Shown here piece by piece: positions 42,001 through 51,901 of a stretch of DNA of 64,000 nucleotides (positions are counted from its first letter, which is position 1; every line of letters begins with the position of its first letter). A program made the position numbers and the translations under genes. This DNA comes from a virus. Its lineage: Duplodnaviria > Caudoviricetes. The notes under the pieces are model-generated. The model was not told the origin of the DNA. It did not search any database and worked only from the letters and a program-made list of their open reading frames with translations. Where the stretch lies: positions 32,001 through 96,000 of IMG/VR virus record IMGVR_UViG_3300028805_000037, one strand, 5' to 3'.

Positions 42001-44003
42001 CCAGTAATACTTTTATTAATAGGAAAATAATACAATCTACCTAAAATATAATCCTGTGTTAATGGAACTGTTAACTCAAAAGTTCTTGTATTACTATTTG
42101 ATTTTGTAACATCTAATGCAGAATAAACAGCTGCATCAATTTCAGATTGTACACTGGGAGAGTTTTTAGGTGAGTCTATTCTAAAACCATATTTTAATAA
42201 TGCAGGAATATCTTGATAATATCCTCCACAAAATTCATTCTGAACACCTATAGCTGGAATGGACCATTGATAATCAGATCTACTTTTTAAAGTGGAATCA
42301 TCTATAGACTGAGTCCATTCAATAAAATCATTTTCATCAATAACATCATCATTAATCCAAACATTATAACGTGGAGGTCTTAAAATTAAAATTCCATTTC
42401 TATCTTCAAAGATTTCTAAAAAAGTGTTATTTGCTAACGTTTGTAAAATAGATAAAGGTGTTGTCATGTTAGACCAAAATAAATCAAAATGACTTCTAAG
42501 CATTAAAAGATATGCTTGTAATTTTTCTTGATTAACATTATTTTCTACCTTTGCTAAAACAATATGTGTTGACTTTCCTACCTCACGTATAGTAGATGTT
42601 GTTACTGCTAAATGATAAAGAATAATTAAAGGTTTAGCATATTGATAAGGTAACTTTTTTAATTTAGCTGGGTCACTTATTAAACGTAATACATAACTAG
42701 TTTTATCTTCTTCTACAGGAGACACAGCCAAAACATCACTTAGTAATTTAGTAAATAAATCAAAAGCATTTAACCCATCAAAGAATGTTGAAAATACATT
42801 AGTAACTGCAGCACTTGAAGTTTTCTGTTGTTTATCAGTACCTGCAATAAAGTCTATAACACTGTTAAACTGAGGTGCTATTGCATTACTACTAATGGTA
42901 GGATTTAATGAAAGTACTTTTGAAATACCTTCACAAGATACATTTAATAATGAAACACCACCAAATCTTTGAGATAAACTTACTTTTGTAACAAAGCCTA
43001 TAAATTGTGTATTTCTGTTTATAGTATTATTTATATTCTGTTCTGACGATATAGTCTTAGATATTAATTTATTTTGATTTAAATTTACAATCTCAATTAT
43101 ATCATTTGCTTCAATATTAATATTATGCTTTAACAATATATCTTGTCTTAAATTAAAGTTTGTCATATTAGACAAACCTTCCAAAGTAGTTGTGATTACT
43201 CCTACAGAATCTACTGAATTTTCTTTATTGTCATTACTAAAATCACCACGAGAAGTATTTAAAGCAATAAAATTATCATTTGTATATTTTGTACGTTCTG
43301 TAATAACTTCATCAATAACACCACAAGAACTTAGGTCGGTTAGTTCTATAACATGTACGTATTTAGATTTTTCAAGTTTACCTTCTTGTATTGCTTGTAT
43401 ATCTTCTATAACAGGATCAAATAATTTATTTAATAAATTTGTACTTAAATCTAAAGCTTTCTTAATGTAATTATCATAAGCTTCTTTTTTCTCCATAGTA
43501 TTAAGCCAGTTAATCTTTATTTCATTATTCTCAACTGACATCATACTATTTTCATAATCACGTTGTAACATCTGTAAAGCATAGTTCTGTGCTAAAGCTT
43601 TTTGTACTAAGTCATCTTCACCTGAAATTGTAGCACGGTTATACTTTAATAAAACATCTGTATTCTCTTTACCTAACGGTTTATACTCAAGAGTTTGTGA
43701 CTCACCTATTTGTTTACTTTGGTTTGTTTGACTTGTACTCAAATTTGATTTTTTATTGTAATAATCATTAACATATTCATCATACTTACTTTTTATTTTT
43801 TCTGCATCACTACTTTTTGATGACAATGCTTTTATAATATTATCACTAGGTACACCTAATGTATATAAATCTGTTACAAAACTTTCAAATAAAAATTGAT
43901 TTGCAGAATTGTTATTCATTAAATCTGCTATACTATTTTGTAAAGCAGAATAATTATACTTATATAAATATATTTTATAATTATTTTTAAATAAACTTGT
44001 CAT
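39099..44003 (-). CDS. Large baseplate hub-like protein with C-terminal DUF5675-like peptidase domain
   Basis: Hub-like motifs (FIGFVTKV, IFEDRNG.LILRPP, KYGFR); C-terminal TIGKL..CYTLE..TAIP.G.Y..IRIH.G....TDGCILVG. Confidence 0.65.
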   Translation of the reverse strand: MTSLFKNNYKIYLYKYNYSALQNSIADLMNNNSANQFLFESFVTDLYTLGVPSDNIIKALSSKSSDAEKIKSKYDEYVNDYYNKKSNLSTSQTNQSKQIGESQTLEYKPLGKENTDVLLKYNRATISGEDDLVQKALAQNYALQMLQRDYENSMMSVENNEIKINWLNTMEKKEAYDNYIKKALDLSTNLLNKLFDPVIEDIQAIQEGKLEKSKYVHVIELTDLSSCGVIDEVITERTKYTNDNFIALNTSRGDFSNDNKENSVDSVGVITTTLEGLSNMTNFNLRQDILLKHNINIEANDIIEIVNLNQNKLISKTISSEQNINNTINRNTQFIGFVTKVSLSQRFGGVSLLNVSCEGISKVLSLNPTISSNAIAPQFNSVIDFIAGTDKQQKTSSAAVTNVFSTFFDGLNAFDLFTKLLSDVLAVSPVEEDKTSYVLRLISDPAKLKKLPYQYAKPLIILYHLAVTTSTIREVGKSTHIVLAKVENNVNQEKLQAYLLMLRSHFDLFWSNMTTPLSILQTLANNTFLEIFEDRNGILILRPPRYNVWINDDVIDENDFIEWTQSIDDSTLKSRSDYQWSIPAIGVQNEFCGGYYQDIPALLKYGFRIDSPKNSPSVQSEIDAAVYSALDVTKSNSNTRTFELTVPLTQDYILGRLYYFPINKSITGNILSTGFVGYLTTISTTISPGNVDIHRLTFKYMRVAELIDNMRGRNNLADIQKSGAYILNFKRLPELSMYQSSITPNMLTEKQQKRIEDKVNNLCANNRYYWASFEAPNKNKFDTYINRNSYVSTNETRSLYKTMAPTNIRVKDFKSYEDILSSAFTPKQQLINAIWFTDLLMRTNSSKTHDLNATAYYSREIRTKANEQKFLEYLNKDATFGGKYNSLDYITDINISNLSAPYATVNNKFFVTDSIVPNILSGFAAGDLKDFQIIMNEILQAYNRYLKNDRYTQSYKVWYIEQKKNTEYQYFDHYDRLTNMVNKYNKFCNSKFAYYEFELAYDYAGKDVSILLEYVNEKEGNILINKFKKLFSNSTPGIYFTWYKKLFNLFKDLYHNETINVGVPAYVYKDSEQFPLVQSLYNRGAYIAGVSPINYKTDLIEFNETIITPNIGKNNQVKLKDMSLRNSMGEILGEFTKLILDVTLYSKTGLLYYYPVIKFDYEKVKDLYGYDVTILEKHYITTESEINQFINTGKCDNKFLPCVIRVGYNEIPEDKIPTIQQIYNKGGLYVGIDKYTDGRVSTVNDFKAVFDPSVLYVWNNSDFENLYNVTIYNLIESINGNQFGSFLFCNERLDKELNLKINNIVSWGSLIKSGEGVFRKVPCVYNTSLIINLQKDITINNDTQKQIIDKFKNNVVDVAYKIDDFEKGYLYIQDKTYINDNGTYNVEYKNSSALVCRLDGGAVTVTNAGGINVVSNDRSSSYTKNITLNSEKSEFIKSVELKEQIQVNLYNADNSYMKLNSKDWYPYKIQKLQLPDVNLDPNKYVLDKYNSSARPLKIILHRYLLDSSRTIGKLYINTVTEKPFCYTLEDTYRGQDLTNIKIDNETAIPNGIYLTRVSWSPKFGGNYPELLNVPFFTDIRIHTGSSVQHTDGCILVGDFSGDIHGTFTANSKYTEELGNLIVNAGCPIIEITII

Positions 44004-44006
44004 TAA

Positions 44007-45005
44007 TTACCACCCGTATCCTAAGCTATATCCTGAATCAGAAGCAACAACAGTTAACTTTATGGAATTAGAATCGTTCTTTGCAGCAATTTCTGCTTTT
44101 GAAGTTCTTGCTTCTATAACTGGCTCCCCAACAAACTGTACAGTATAGTCATATAAAAAAGGTTTATCAGAACGTTCTGAATATGTAAAGTTTTTTATAT
44201 GTCCTACAAATGTAACAAATCCATCTTTAAAACTATCTGAACCAGCTACACTTCCAGAATTTTCCATAAGTAAATATATATAAGGTGATTTATTTTCTAC
44301 ATTTCTTGTAAATAAACCTTCACCATAATAAGATAATAAGTCGTTAATTTTTTTAACATCTGTATCAACTACAGTATCAAACTTACCTTCAGTATCTGCA
44401 CCAGTCCAATCATTGTTTGAAACTTCTTGTAGTTTATGCATAAACGTTGATATACTACCTGTGATACTGGAAACATTTGCATTTAACTGCTTTATCATAT
44501 TTGAATTACTTTCATTTAAATTTCCAACAGTTTTACCACCAAAAGCACCCATATAAGAAATACCTTTAAAACTTATTACAACTGGCTTATTATGCCATGA
44601 CTGTAAAAAATTTGAGCTTATACCATATGACTCACCTATTGGATTATCCCAAGTTACATCAACTGATTGTAATGCTGTTATTTTAAATGGGTCTGTAAAA
44701 GTACTAGATGTAATATTTCTTGATTGAAGAGATGTATTAATCATATTAGAATTTTTAATTTCAGCTTCAACTTTATTAAGCTCTTCTTGAACAGATTTCA
44801 AATTTTCTTGTAATGCTAATGCTCCTTCTGATTGTCCTTTATTTTGTTTATTTAAATTTACTAATTCTTCTGAAAGAATAGACTTTTCTCGCTCTAAATC
44901 TGCACGTTTAGTTAAAAGCTGATCGCGATAATTCAGAACAGATGCAGGCTGAACAATTTCACCCCATAACCATAAGTTTCTAGATTTCACAGCTTGTAGT
45001 AACAT
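44007..45005 (-). CDS. Putative tail-tube initiator/baseplate protein
   Basis: Follows tape measure; FVGHIKNFTYSE..PF.YDY.VQF. Confidence 0.55.
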   Translation of the reverse strand: MLLQAVKSRNLWLWGEIVQPASVLNYRDQLLTKRADLEREKSILSEELVNLNKQNKGQSEGALALQENLKSVQEELNKVEAEIKNSNMINTSLQSRNITSSTFTDPFKITALQSVDVTWDNPIGESYGISSNFLQSWHNKPVVISFKGISYMGAFGGKTVGNLNESNSNMIKQLNANVSSITGSISTFMHKLQEVSNNDWTGADTEGKFDTVVDTDVKKINDLLSYYGEGLFTRNVENKSPYIYLLMENSGSVAGSDSFKDGFVTFVGHIKNFTYSERSDKPFLYDYTVQFVGEPVIEARTSKAEIAAKNDSNSIKLTVVASDSGYSLGYGW

Positions 45006-46618
45006 TAAGCACCTCCCATATAAGAAGAATTATCTGAACCACTAAATTTATTTATATCGTTTAATTGCCCCATAGATTCATTTAATATTTCATATGCAGA
45101 TTTTCTAGTACCAAACCCTGCTACAGAAGCAATTTGAACTACACTTTGTAACATAGATACAAGTAACCCTATAATAGTTTGTAAAGGTTGTTCAAAGAAC
45201 ATTTGTTGTTGTGCATAAAATTGTATCTGAGCTGCATCCTTTCCAGTTACCTGTTCTTGAGAAAATTTATGAACTGCTTGTGCAAATGTTAAATTTTTAT
45301 AATCATCTGACTGAAATACATCTTTACGCTCCATCATTAAATTTGCTAAATATTCTCCAGTCTCTCCTTGTAAACCACCAAAATATCCAGGAGCAAGTGT
45401 CATTAAAGTTTTTGTATCTAAATTAGTGGCATTCTTTAAAGTTGTCCACATACTTGTAAGTTTATCAAATTGTTTTGTTGTTCTATAGCTATCTACTAAA
45501 CCGGATAGATCTCCTCTACCAAAAGACCTGAGCCCTTGAGTTAAAGCTATAAATTGATTAAACGGTATATTCATACCAACTATAGATTGTATTTGTGATG
45601 CTAATTGTTGTGGTGATGCTTTGTCTAAAATTCCATCTGTATTTTTACCAATTAATTTAACTAATCCTACTATATCAGTTAAAGCCATAAAAATACCATT
45701 ATTACTAAGTGCATTTAACTTACTGTAGTTTGTTAGCATATTTACAATATTAGAATCGTTAAACCCTGCTAAACGTCCTTGTTGCAAAGCTTCATGTAGA
45801 AATCTAACGTTCTTTAATCCAGCATCACCACGCCCCATAAAATACTGAGAACCTACAGTACTAATCAGTTGTGCTGTTTCTTGGAATGATCTACCTAATA
45901 CCATTCCTTGTGCAGCTACATAATCAAAGCTTTTAATTAATTCAGAAACTGCTGCATCTGCACTCATACCTTCTGATTGTCTTGCAAATACTGCAGATTC
46001 TAACATTGCTCTATAAGCATTTTTATAATCTTGGCTAGCTGCAAATAAAGGAGAAGAATGCATAAAGGGATTATTTACATAACTTGCGTGTAATGTTGCA
46101 GCTCTAAACATTGCTTTAGGATCTTCCAAAGAGCCTCTATTGGAAAGCATACTTGTAGCTTTTAAATATTTTCCTCGCTCACCAATCATTTGTAGGATAC
46201 TATTTAAAATGTTTACTATCAATCCAACAGCAGGAACTATTTTAGTAAGAATTACACCAAATCCTTTACTACCAGAAATAAGTAATCTTCGTGCTGTTTG
46301 ATTAATAACTGCATCACTTTTACCAGGATAAGCTTTTTTTAAAGCAGACTTTGTTAGCGCTAACCGAAACTGGTTACCTATACGATTTCCAAAATCTTTC
46401 CAACTACGTGCTGTAAGAAGATTCAATCTACCATATTTATCTTGAGTTTTTTTAATGTCACGTAATAATCTATCAGATTCTTTGGTTTTCTTACGATCTT
46501 CTCTTTCTTCTTTACTTTCAGATAGAATCTGCTTTAAAGCATCTAACTGCTCCATATCCAATTGAAGCATACTTTTTATCTGTTCAACAATATTAGAGTC
46601 TTTATTATCTTCTGCCAT
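45005..46618 (-). CDS. Putative tape measure protein
   Basis: Ala/Gly/Leu-rich helical ORF directly after the frameshifted chaperone pair. Confidence 0.6.
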   Translation of the reverse strand: MAEDNKDSNIVEQIKSMLQLDMEQLDALKQILSESKEEREDRKKTKESDRLLRDIKKTQDKYGRLNLLTARSWKDFGNRIGNQFRLALTKSALKKAYPGKSDAVINQTARRLLISGSKGFGVILTKIVPAVGLIVNILNSILQMIGERGKYLKATSMLSNRGSLEDPKAMFRAATLHASYVNNPFMHSSPLFAASQDYKNAYRAMLESAVFARQSEGMSADAAVSELIKSFDYVAAQGMVLGRSFQETAQLISTVGSQYFMGRGDAGLKNVRFLHEALQQGRLAGFNDSNIVNMLTNYSKLNALSNNGIFMALTDIVGLVKLIGKNTDGILDKASPQQLASQIQSIVGMNIPFNQFIALTQGLRSFGRGDLSGLVDSYRTTKQFDKLTSMWTTLKNATNLDTKTLMTLAPGYFGGLQGETGEYLANLMMERKDVFQSDDYKNLTFAQAVHKFSQEQVTGKDAAQIQFYAQQQMFFEQPLQTIIGLLVSMLQSVVQIASVAGFGTRKSAYEILNESMGQLNDINKFSGSDNSSYMGGA

Positions 46619-46620
46619 AA

Positions 46621-47315
46621 TTATTTACCTACTGTTTTTTTAGATTTTTTTATTTTACTTAATTGACTCTGTACCATTTTTTCAAAATCTTTATCACTTG
46701 TACTTGCTTGAACTACAGACGTACCTGGTTTTTTACCAAGCTTATCTATTTCTTTTTTCATTAATTCAGAATCATTCTGTATATTAGTTAGTATCCAATT
46801 TATTTGTATTGTAGATAAATCTTTCACCAATGGATCGTTTGGCAATACATGAAAAGTTTTACATATTTGCCATAAAGAAATGCTTATATTGCTAGAAATT
46901 AATTTTTTTTTATAGTATCATCGTTGAAAAGATTATTAATACTCTGTTCATTTTCAACATAAGCATTATAGGCTTTATCTATAAAAAGAGGGGGGAGTTG
47001 TAAAAGCAGTTTATGTAATGTAGTTTTAGATTCCATTGAACTGAAATCTGTATCATTTATTTTTGTAATTGCATATACTAAAATAGGAACTTTACTAGCT
47101 TCCATTAAAAGATAAAGTGAGTTATTTAAATCTTCTTCATTAACCTTATCATCTATTTTAGGTAATTTAATTAATTTAGAATACTTTTCTCTATCATCTT
47201 GGGTTAAATTTTTTAAAGTAATTTTTATACCATCAATAATTTGTACTTCTTTTTCAACTGTACCTTGTTTAATTAAATTTAAAATTGCAGTGTCTGTTAA
47301 TTCAAACTTTTCCAT
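46621..47315 (-). CDS. Tail assembly chaperone pair (46899-47315 plus -1 frameshift extension to 46621)
   Basis: Slippery A-AAA-AAA-AAT before the stop at 46899; the -1 frame is open into the 46621-46845 ORF. Confidence 0.75.
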
Positions 47316-47338
47316 TTTTTTCTCCTTTTCATTTTTCT

Positions 47339-48028
47339 TTAAAATGTTATTGATGTTGGTAAAACAGAAGCAACTGAAGATGTTAACATTCTACTTAGGT
47401 TTGGCTCAAATGTTTCTACTCTACCTACATCTACGTTTACATCTTGTTTAACTAATATATTTCCTGCATTTTGTAAATTATAAGAAATTGGATTATCTTT
47501 AATCCAACAGTTCCAATAATATGTTATTGATGTAACTTGTTTTCCTGATGTATCCCAGCCATCTACTCCGCTATGATCATAATTAATAACTTGAATATGT
47601 ATTGGTTTTTGTTGGTATAAAACATTTCCGCTAGTCATTCCAAATAAACCTAAGAACTCACCATTTGTTTCCAAAGTCTTTGTAATTTCTGCAATCTGTG
47701 AAGATTTAATTCCAAAAGATTCTAACTGTTGTGTCATTGGAAAACCGTAAGTATCTTTATATAATACAATCTTTGTAAGTGTTAATGTAGTTTCTATTTG
47801 ACCAGGAATAATATCTAAAGGTTCGAATGCGTGTTTACCTAAACTATAACGCCTTGTATTACGTCTATCGTTTCTTCTTTCTAAACGTTCAATTGTCCCT
47901 ATTGCTGCAGTTAGAGGAACTGTAAGATCTACACCTGCAATTTTTGTAGCAATAGGTAATACTACAAATATATCTGTTGCTGTAGCTAACATTCCTTCTG
48001 TATATGGTAAAGAACTTCTATCTGCCAT
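47339..48028 (-). CDS. Tail tube-like protein (paralog 3)
   Basis: IGTI..R....PG...LTL.KIVLY..YWNCWI shared with paralogs. Confidence 0.6.
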   Translation of the reverse strand: MADRSSLPYTEGMLATATDIFVVLPIATKIAGVDLTVPLTAAIGTIERLERRNDRRNTRRYSLGKHAFEPLDIIPGQIETTLTLTKIVLYKDTYGFPMTQQLESFGIKSSQIAEITKTLETNGEFLGLFGMTSGNVLYQQKPIHIQVINYDHSGVDGWDTSGKQVTSITYYWNCWIKDNPISYNLQNAGNILVKQDVNVDVGRVETFEPNLSRMLTSSVASVLPTSITF

Positions 48029-48040
48029 TTAACACCTCAA

Positions 48041-48643
48041 TTATATTCTGGTATCTGTTTCAATCAAACCTGTTTTTGTTGAAATAACACCTGTAGCTAT
48101 ACAATTTACTCTCTGTATAATCATCATATCATTTGCTCTCTCAATAGAGAAATCCATATTATTATTGTCAAACCATACACCATAAATCATTATTGTTTTC
48201 GCACCTGTAGTTAAAGTCTTTCCGCCTTCACCCGCTCTTTCAACACCAGGAACATTTACATAAATCATTAACGGGGAATTTTGTTTCATAATATCATATG
48301 ATTTACTATAGCCAAATGCTTGTGCAATTGTTGATTCATATAAAACTACTCTCTCTAATTCCAATGAATACTCTGGTAAACCAGGAACAACTTCAACAGG
48401 TCTACCTGCAGTATCTATATTCAATTCTCTTCTATATTCTGCTTCTCTTTTTGTAATAATTTTAATTCTTTGTATCGCACCTACAGGTTTGTTCACATCT
48501 ATTTTACTAACTAAATTATTAATTATATTCTCTTGAGTTTTAAAAGTTGATCTCATTATAGTCCATGGAGCTGCATAAAGAGTAGCATATATCCTCGGGC
48601 GCATCTCTAGATCACGAAGTATATCATCTTGTTCTGCTGCCAT
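48041..48643 (-). CDS. Tail tube-like protein (paralog 2)
   Basis: GAIQ, REL..TAGRPVE..PGLP.Y.L.L.R.VLY, IYGVWF. Confidence 0.65.
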   Translation of the reverse strand: MAAEQDDILRDLEMRPRIYATLYAAPWTIMRSTFKTQENIINNLVSKIDVNKPVGAIQRIKIITKREAEYRRELNIDTAGRPVEVVPGLPEYSLELERVVLYESTIAQAFGYSKSYDIMKQNSPLMIYVNVPGVERAGEGGKTLTTGAKTIMIYGVWFDNNNMDFSIERANDMMIIQRVNCIATGVISTKTGLIETDTRI

Positions 48644-48655
48644 ATGTTTATCCTC

Positions 48656-49900
48656 CTAATTAATTTTATTTATAAAGTCTTCTACTTCTTTTAAATTCCA
48701 AAATACTTTATAATTTAAGCTATTTTCTCTAGCTATTTTTAATTTTTGTGGATCTAATATAGTCCACACATATATTGCATTTATGTAAAATTGTATACCC
48801 TTACTTTTCCAAAACTCTAATATCTTCTGATGTTCTAAATTATCTTTATCGAATGACTCAGGACCGTGTGTAAAGTGTCCATTATACTCAATATATAAGT
48901 CTTTTGATTTAATATAAAAGTCACAACGATATGGATAAACTTTTGACCTATATTGACGTTCTATATCATCTTTAGTGAATTTAGTTAAGAGAAGTTGGTA
49001 AACTTTTTCTTCTGGTTCTGATGTACTAAATGTATTATTCCGTTTCTTTGTATTATATATTCTCTCTTGAATTTCATTAATTCGTAATCTATAATCTTTA
49101 GACTTCATATAACTACTTACACCATAACGTTTTAAACAAGTTTGCTTAGATTTTTGTTTATTCTCTTCCAATTGCAAATTTGTCTCTACACCATACTTTT
49201 CTAAATAACTTTGCCTAACTTTATTTTTAAAATCTTCAGATTTATTTTTATGTATATTTGCACAACTAATACAACAAAATTTTCCATACCCATTTATATC
49301 TGAAAACTTAATTTGCTTTCCACACTGCTTACAAGTAAAAACTTTATCTAGAGGAATATTTTTATGTAGCCTATAACGTAATTCAGATTTTGTTAAGTTA
49401 TATCTATTAAGAATATCTTTTACTTCCTGAACTGTAAAATACTTCTCCAAGTCTTGTAACTTCACTTTTCTATGTTTACGTATATAATCTTTCAATCCTT
49501 GAAAATTTAACTGTATTGGTTTTTTATTAAGACGTTTTTGCTTACGTGTTTCTAATAATTTATCTTTACAAACTTGTGTTTTTAAATAATTATCTACACC
49601 ATATTTCTTTAAACAAGTTTGTTTGCATCTATCTTTATAAACTTCTGTTTTACTATAATTGTCAACACCATATTTCTCTAAGCAGGCTTGCTTTACCTTA
49701 TCTCTATGTTCCAGGGACTTATTTATTATTGTCAAAGTACAAACTTTTGAACAAGCTGTAATAATATTCTTACCAACTTTTAAATACTTTATACGCGTTT
49801 TAATTTGCTTATCTGTATAATGAAATATTTTACCACAACATTGACAGACCTGTTCTTTAAATAATTCTGGAAATTGTTCTTTGACTTCCTGTTTACACAT
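48656..49900 (-). CDS. Hef-like free-standing endonuclease (Zn fingers, CLxKYG repeats, PD-(D/E)XK/Vsr-like C-terminus)
   Basis: CLEKYGVDNY repeats; S.PE..YRCDFYI...YIEYNG..THG. Confidence 0.75.
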   Translation of the reverse strand: MCKQEVKEQFPELFKEQVCQCCGKIFHYTDKQIKTRIKYLKVGKNIITACSKVCTLTIINKSLEHRDKVKQACLEKYGVDNYSKTEVYKDRCKQTCLKKYGVDNYLKTQVCKDKLLETRKQKRLNKKPIQLNFQGLKDYIRKHRKVKLQDLEKYFTVQEVKDILNRYNLTKSELRYRLHKNIPLDKVFTCKQCGKQIKFSDINGYGKFCCISCANIHKNKSEDFKNKVRQSYLEKYGVETNLQLEENKQKSKQTCLKRYGVSSYMKSKDYRLRINEIQERIYNTKKRNNTFSTSEPEEKVYQLLLTKFTKDDIERQYRSKVYPYRCDFYIKSKDLYIEYNGHFTHGPESFDKDNLEHQKILEFWKSKGIQFYINAIYVWTILDPQKLKIARENSLNYKVFWNLKEVEDFINKIN

Positions 49901-49987
49901 ATTATTTATCCTCCGATAAATAACTCAAAACAAAATATGGCAGGAGTGTGAGTTGCACTCTTTTCCCGTTGCAATCGGTAGCCATAT
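49901..49987 (-). ncRNA. Structured cis RNA element (copy 1) in endonuclease leader
   Basis: Three-way junction, CAACUCA loop complementary to downstream UGAGUU, SD in a hairpin loop; covaries with copy 2. Confidence 0.75.
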
Positions 49988-50000
49988 AAACCTTATATTA

Positions 50001-50027
50001 AGTATGATTATGATTATTTTGTCAAGG
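50001..50027 (-). promoter_or_regulatory. Candidate late promoter motif (copy 2)
   Basis: CCTTGACA-N5-ATCATAAT-CATACT. Confidence 0.5.
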
Positions 50028-50050
50028 ATGGTTTTTGAAGATTTACAATA

Positions 50051-50635
50051 TCATCTGTTTCCAACAATTCCTGCAGCACGAGCTCTGCAATTCTGTATTA
50101 TTTTAATATCATCAACATTATCGACACCAAATTCAATGTTGGAATCCAAAAACCAAACACCGTAAATATACCAGGTTTTTGTTAATAACTGATCGCTACT
50201 TGTTTTATCTTCATCATCAGGGCAAATTAAATTTATTTTTATTAATAAAGGTCTTGTCTGTTTCGATATATCTAAACTATCATCTACATCTGAATAAAAT
50301 TCATCTGATACCATTGAATCATAAAGAACAATTCTATCTAAAGACAAATCATAGCCAGGTAACCCAGGATAAGATTCTACCGGTCTACCTGCAGTTTTAT
50401 AATCAAGTTCTCTCCAAATATTTAATTGTCTTTCATTTGTAATCTCTAAATTTTGGATTGCACCAATCTGTTTTCCATTAGCAGCAGCTTCAACAAGTCT
50501 ATTATATAATTCTGTAGGTTTTGTAAAATCTGTACCTGTAAAATTAAATGGCACACTATATATTTCTATATAGGCTTTGTATGCTGTTTTTAAACCCTTT
50601 ATTAGACTGTTTTTATAATCTCCAGTAACTGCCAT
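50051..50635 (-). CDS. Tail tube-like protein (paralog 1)
   Basis: First structural gene after the sheath; shared motifs with paralogs. Confidence 0.7.
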   Translation of the reverse strand: MAVTGDYKNSLIKGLKTAYKAYIEIYSVPFNFTGTDFTKPTELYNRLVEAAANGKQIGAIQNLEITNERQLNIWRELDYKTAGRPVESYPGLPGYDLSLDRIVLYDSMVSDEFYSDVDDSLDISKQTRPLLIKINLICPDDEDKTSSDQLLTKTWYIYGVWFLDSNIEFGVDNVDDIKIIQNCRARAAGIVGNR

Positions 50636-50647
50636 ATATTATCCTCC

Positions 50648-51901
50648 TTAATTAATTTTTCTAATCCAATCTTCAACTTCCTCTATATTCCAAAATATCT
50701 TGTAATTCAATTTATTCTTTTTAAATGTTTCTAATTTTCTCGCATCTAAATCTGTCCAAACATAGATTGCAGTTCGAAAGAACTTGCTTTTTTTAGATTT
50801 AACTTGCCAACTGCTCAATATATTAAGATGTTCTAAATTATTCTTATCAAAAGATTCTTTTCCGTGTGTCCAATGCCCATTATATTCAATATATAAATCT
50901 AGGCTCTTAATATAAAAATCACATTGATAAGGATATAATTCATTTTTATATTGTCTAATAATATCTTCTTTACCAAACTTAGTTAATAATAGTTGATACG
51001 TTTTTTCTTCAAATTTAGATTTATTATATGTATTATTTTGCTTCTTAGTACTCCATTGTTTCTCTAAGATTATAGCTTTATGTTCTTTATAGAAATCCCT
51101 ATATTCTTGAGTTTGTGTATAATTTTCTACACCATATCTTTCTAGGTTTGTTTTGCGCTGCTTTTCATTAATCTTTTCCACATCTAATTTATATTTCTTT
51201 GATTTCTGAAAACTCGTTGCTCCAAACTTATCTAAACAGGTCTGCTTTACCTTATCTTTATATTCTTTGGTTTGTGAATAATAATCTACACCATACTTAT
51301 CTTTACATGTCTGGTTTGATTTTTTAATATAGTCGTCTGTCTGCGTGTAATGTTTTTTTCCGAAATTCTCCAAGTTTGTTAATTCTCTTTGCTGTTGAAT
51401 CAAATATTTATTGTCCTGCATATATTTTCTATGCTGATCTGATTGAGAATAATATTCAGTTCCATACTTCTCTAAGCATGTCTGTTTATATTTATCTTTA
51501 TAATCTTGTGTTTTTAAATAACTATCTACACCATATTTATTTAAACATGTTTGTTTTATTTTATCTCGACATTCTTTTGTTTTTGCATAACTTGTAGTAT
51601 TATATTTTCTTAAACAAGTTTGTTTAACTTTATTTACATGTTCTTGTGATTTATTCATACAACTCATTGAACAATATGTTTGATATCCACCATGCGTACG
51701 TTTAAATTTAATAATCTTTCCACAAGTTTTACATTTGAATACTTTATCAAAAGAAATATCATGTTTAATTCTATAACATAATTCTTTTATGGATAACTTA
51801 TAAAAAATTGCTGTAGCTTCAACTTCTTTCGTTATGTATTTTTTTATAACTTTGTTATAAAATTGTTTATGACTTTTTATATACTTAACTAATTCTTCCA
51901 T
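50648..51901 (-). CDS. Hef-like free-standing endonuclease, paralog of 48656-49900
   Basis: About seven (C/N)LxK(Y/F)G repeats; YQCDFYIKSLDLYIEYNGHWTHG. Confidence 0.75.
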   Translation of the reverse strand: MEELVKYIKSHKQFYNKVIKKYITKEVEATAIFYKLSIKELCYRIKHDISFDKVFKCKTCGKIIKFKRTHGGYQTYCSMSCMNKSQEHVNKVKQTCLRKYNTTSYAKTKECRDKIKQTCLNKYGVDSYLKTQDYKDKYKQTCLEKYGTEYYSQSDQHRKYMQDNKYLIQQQRELTNLENFGKKHYTQTDDYIKKSNQTCKDKYGVDYYSQTKEYKDKVKQTCLDKFGATSFQKSKKYKLDVEKINEKQRKTNLERYGVENYTQTQEYRDFYKEHKAIILEKQWSTKKQNNTYNKSKFEEKTYQLLLTKFGKEDIIRQYKNELYPYQCDFYIKSLDLYIEYNGHWTHGKESFDKNNLEHLNILSSWQVKSKKSKFFRTAIYVWTDLDARKLETFKKNKLNYKIFWNIEEVEDWIRKIN

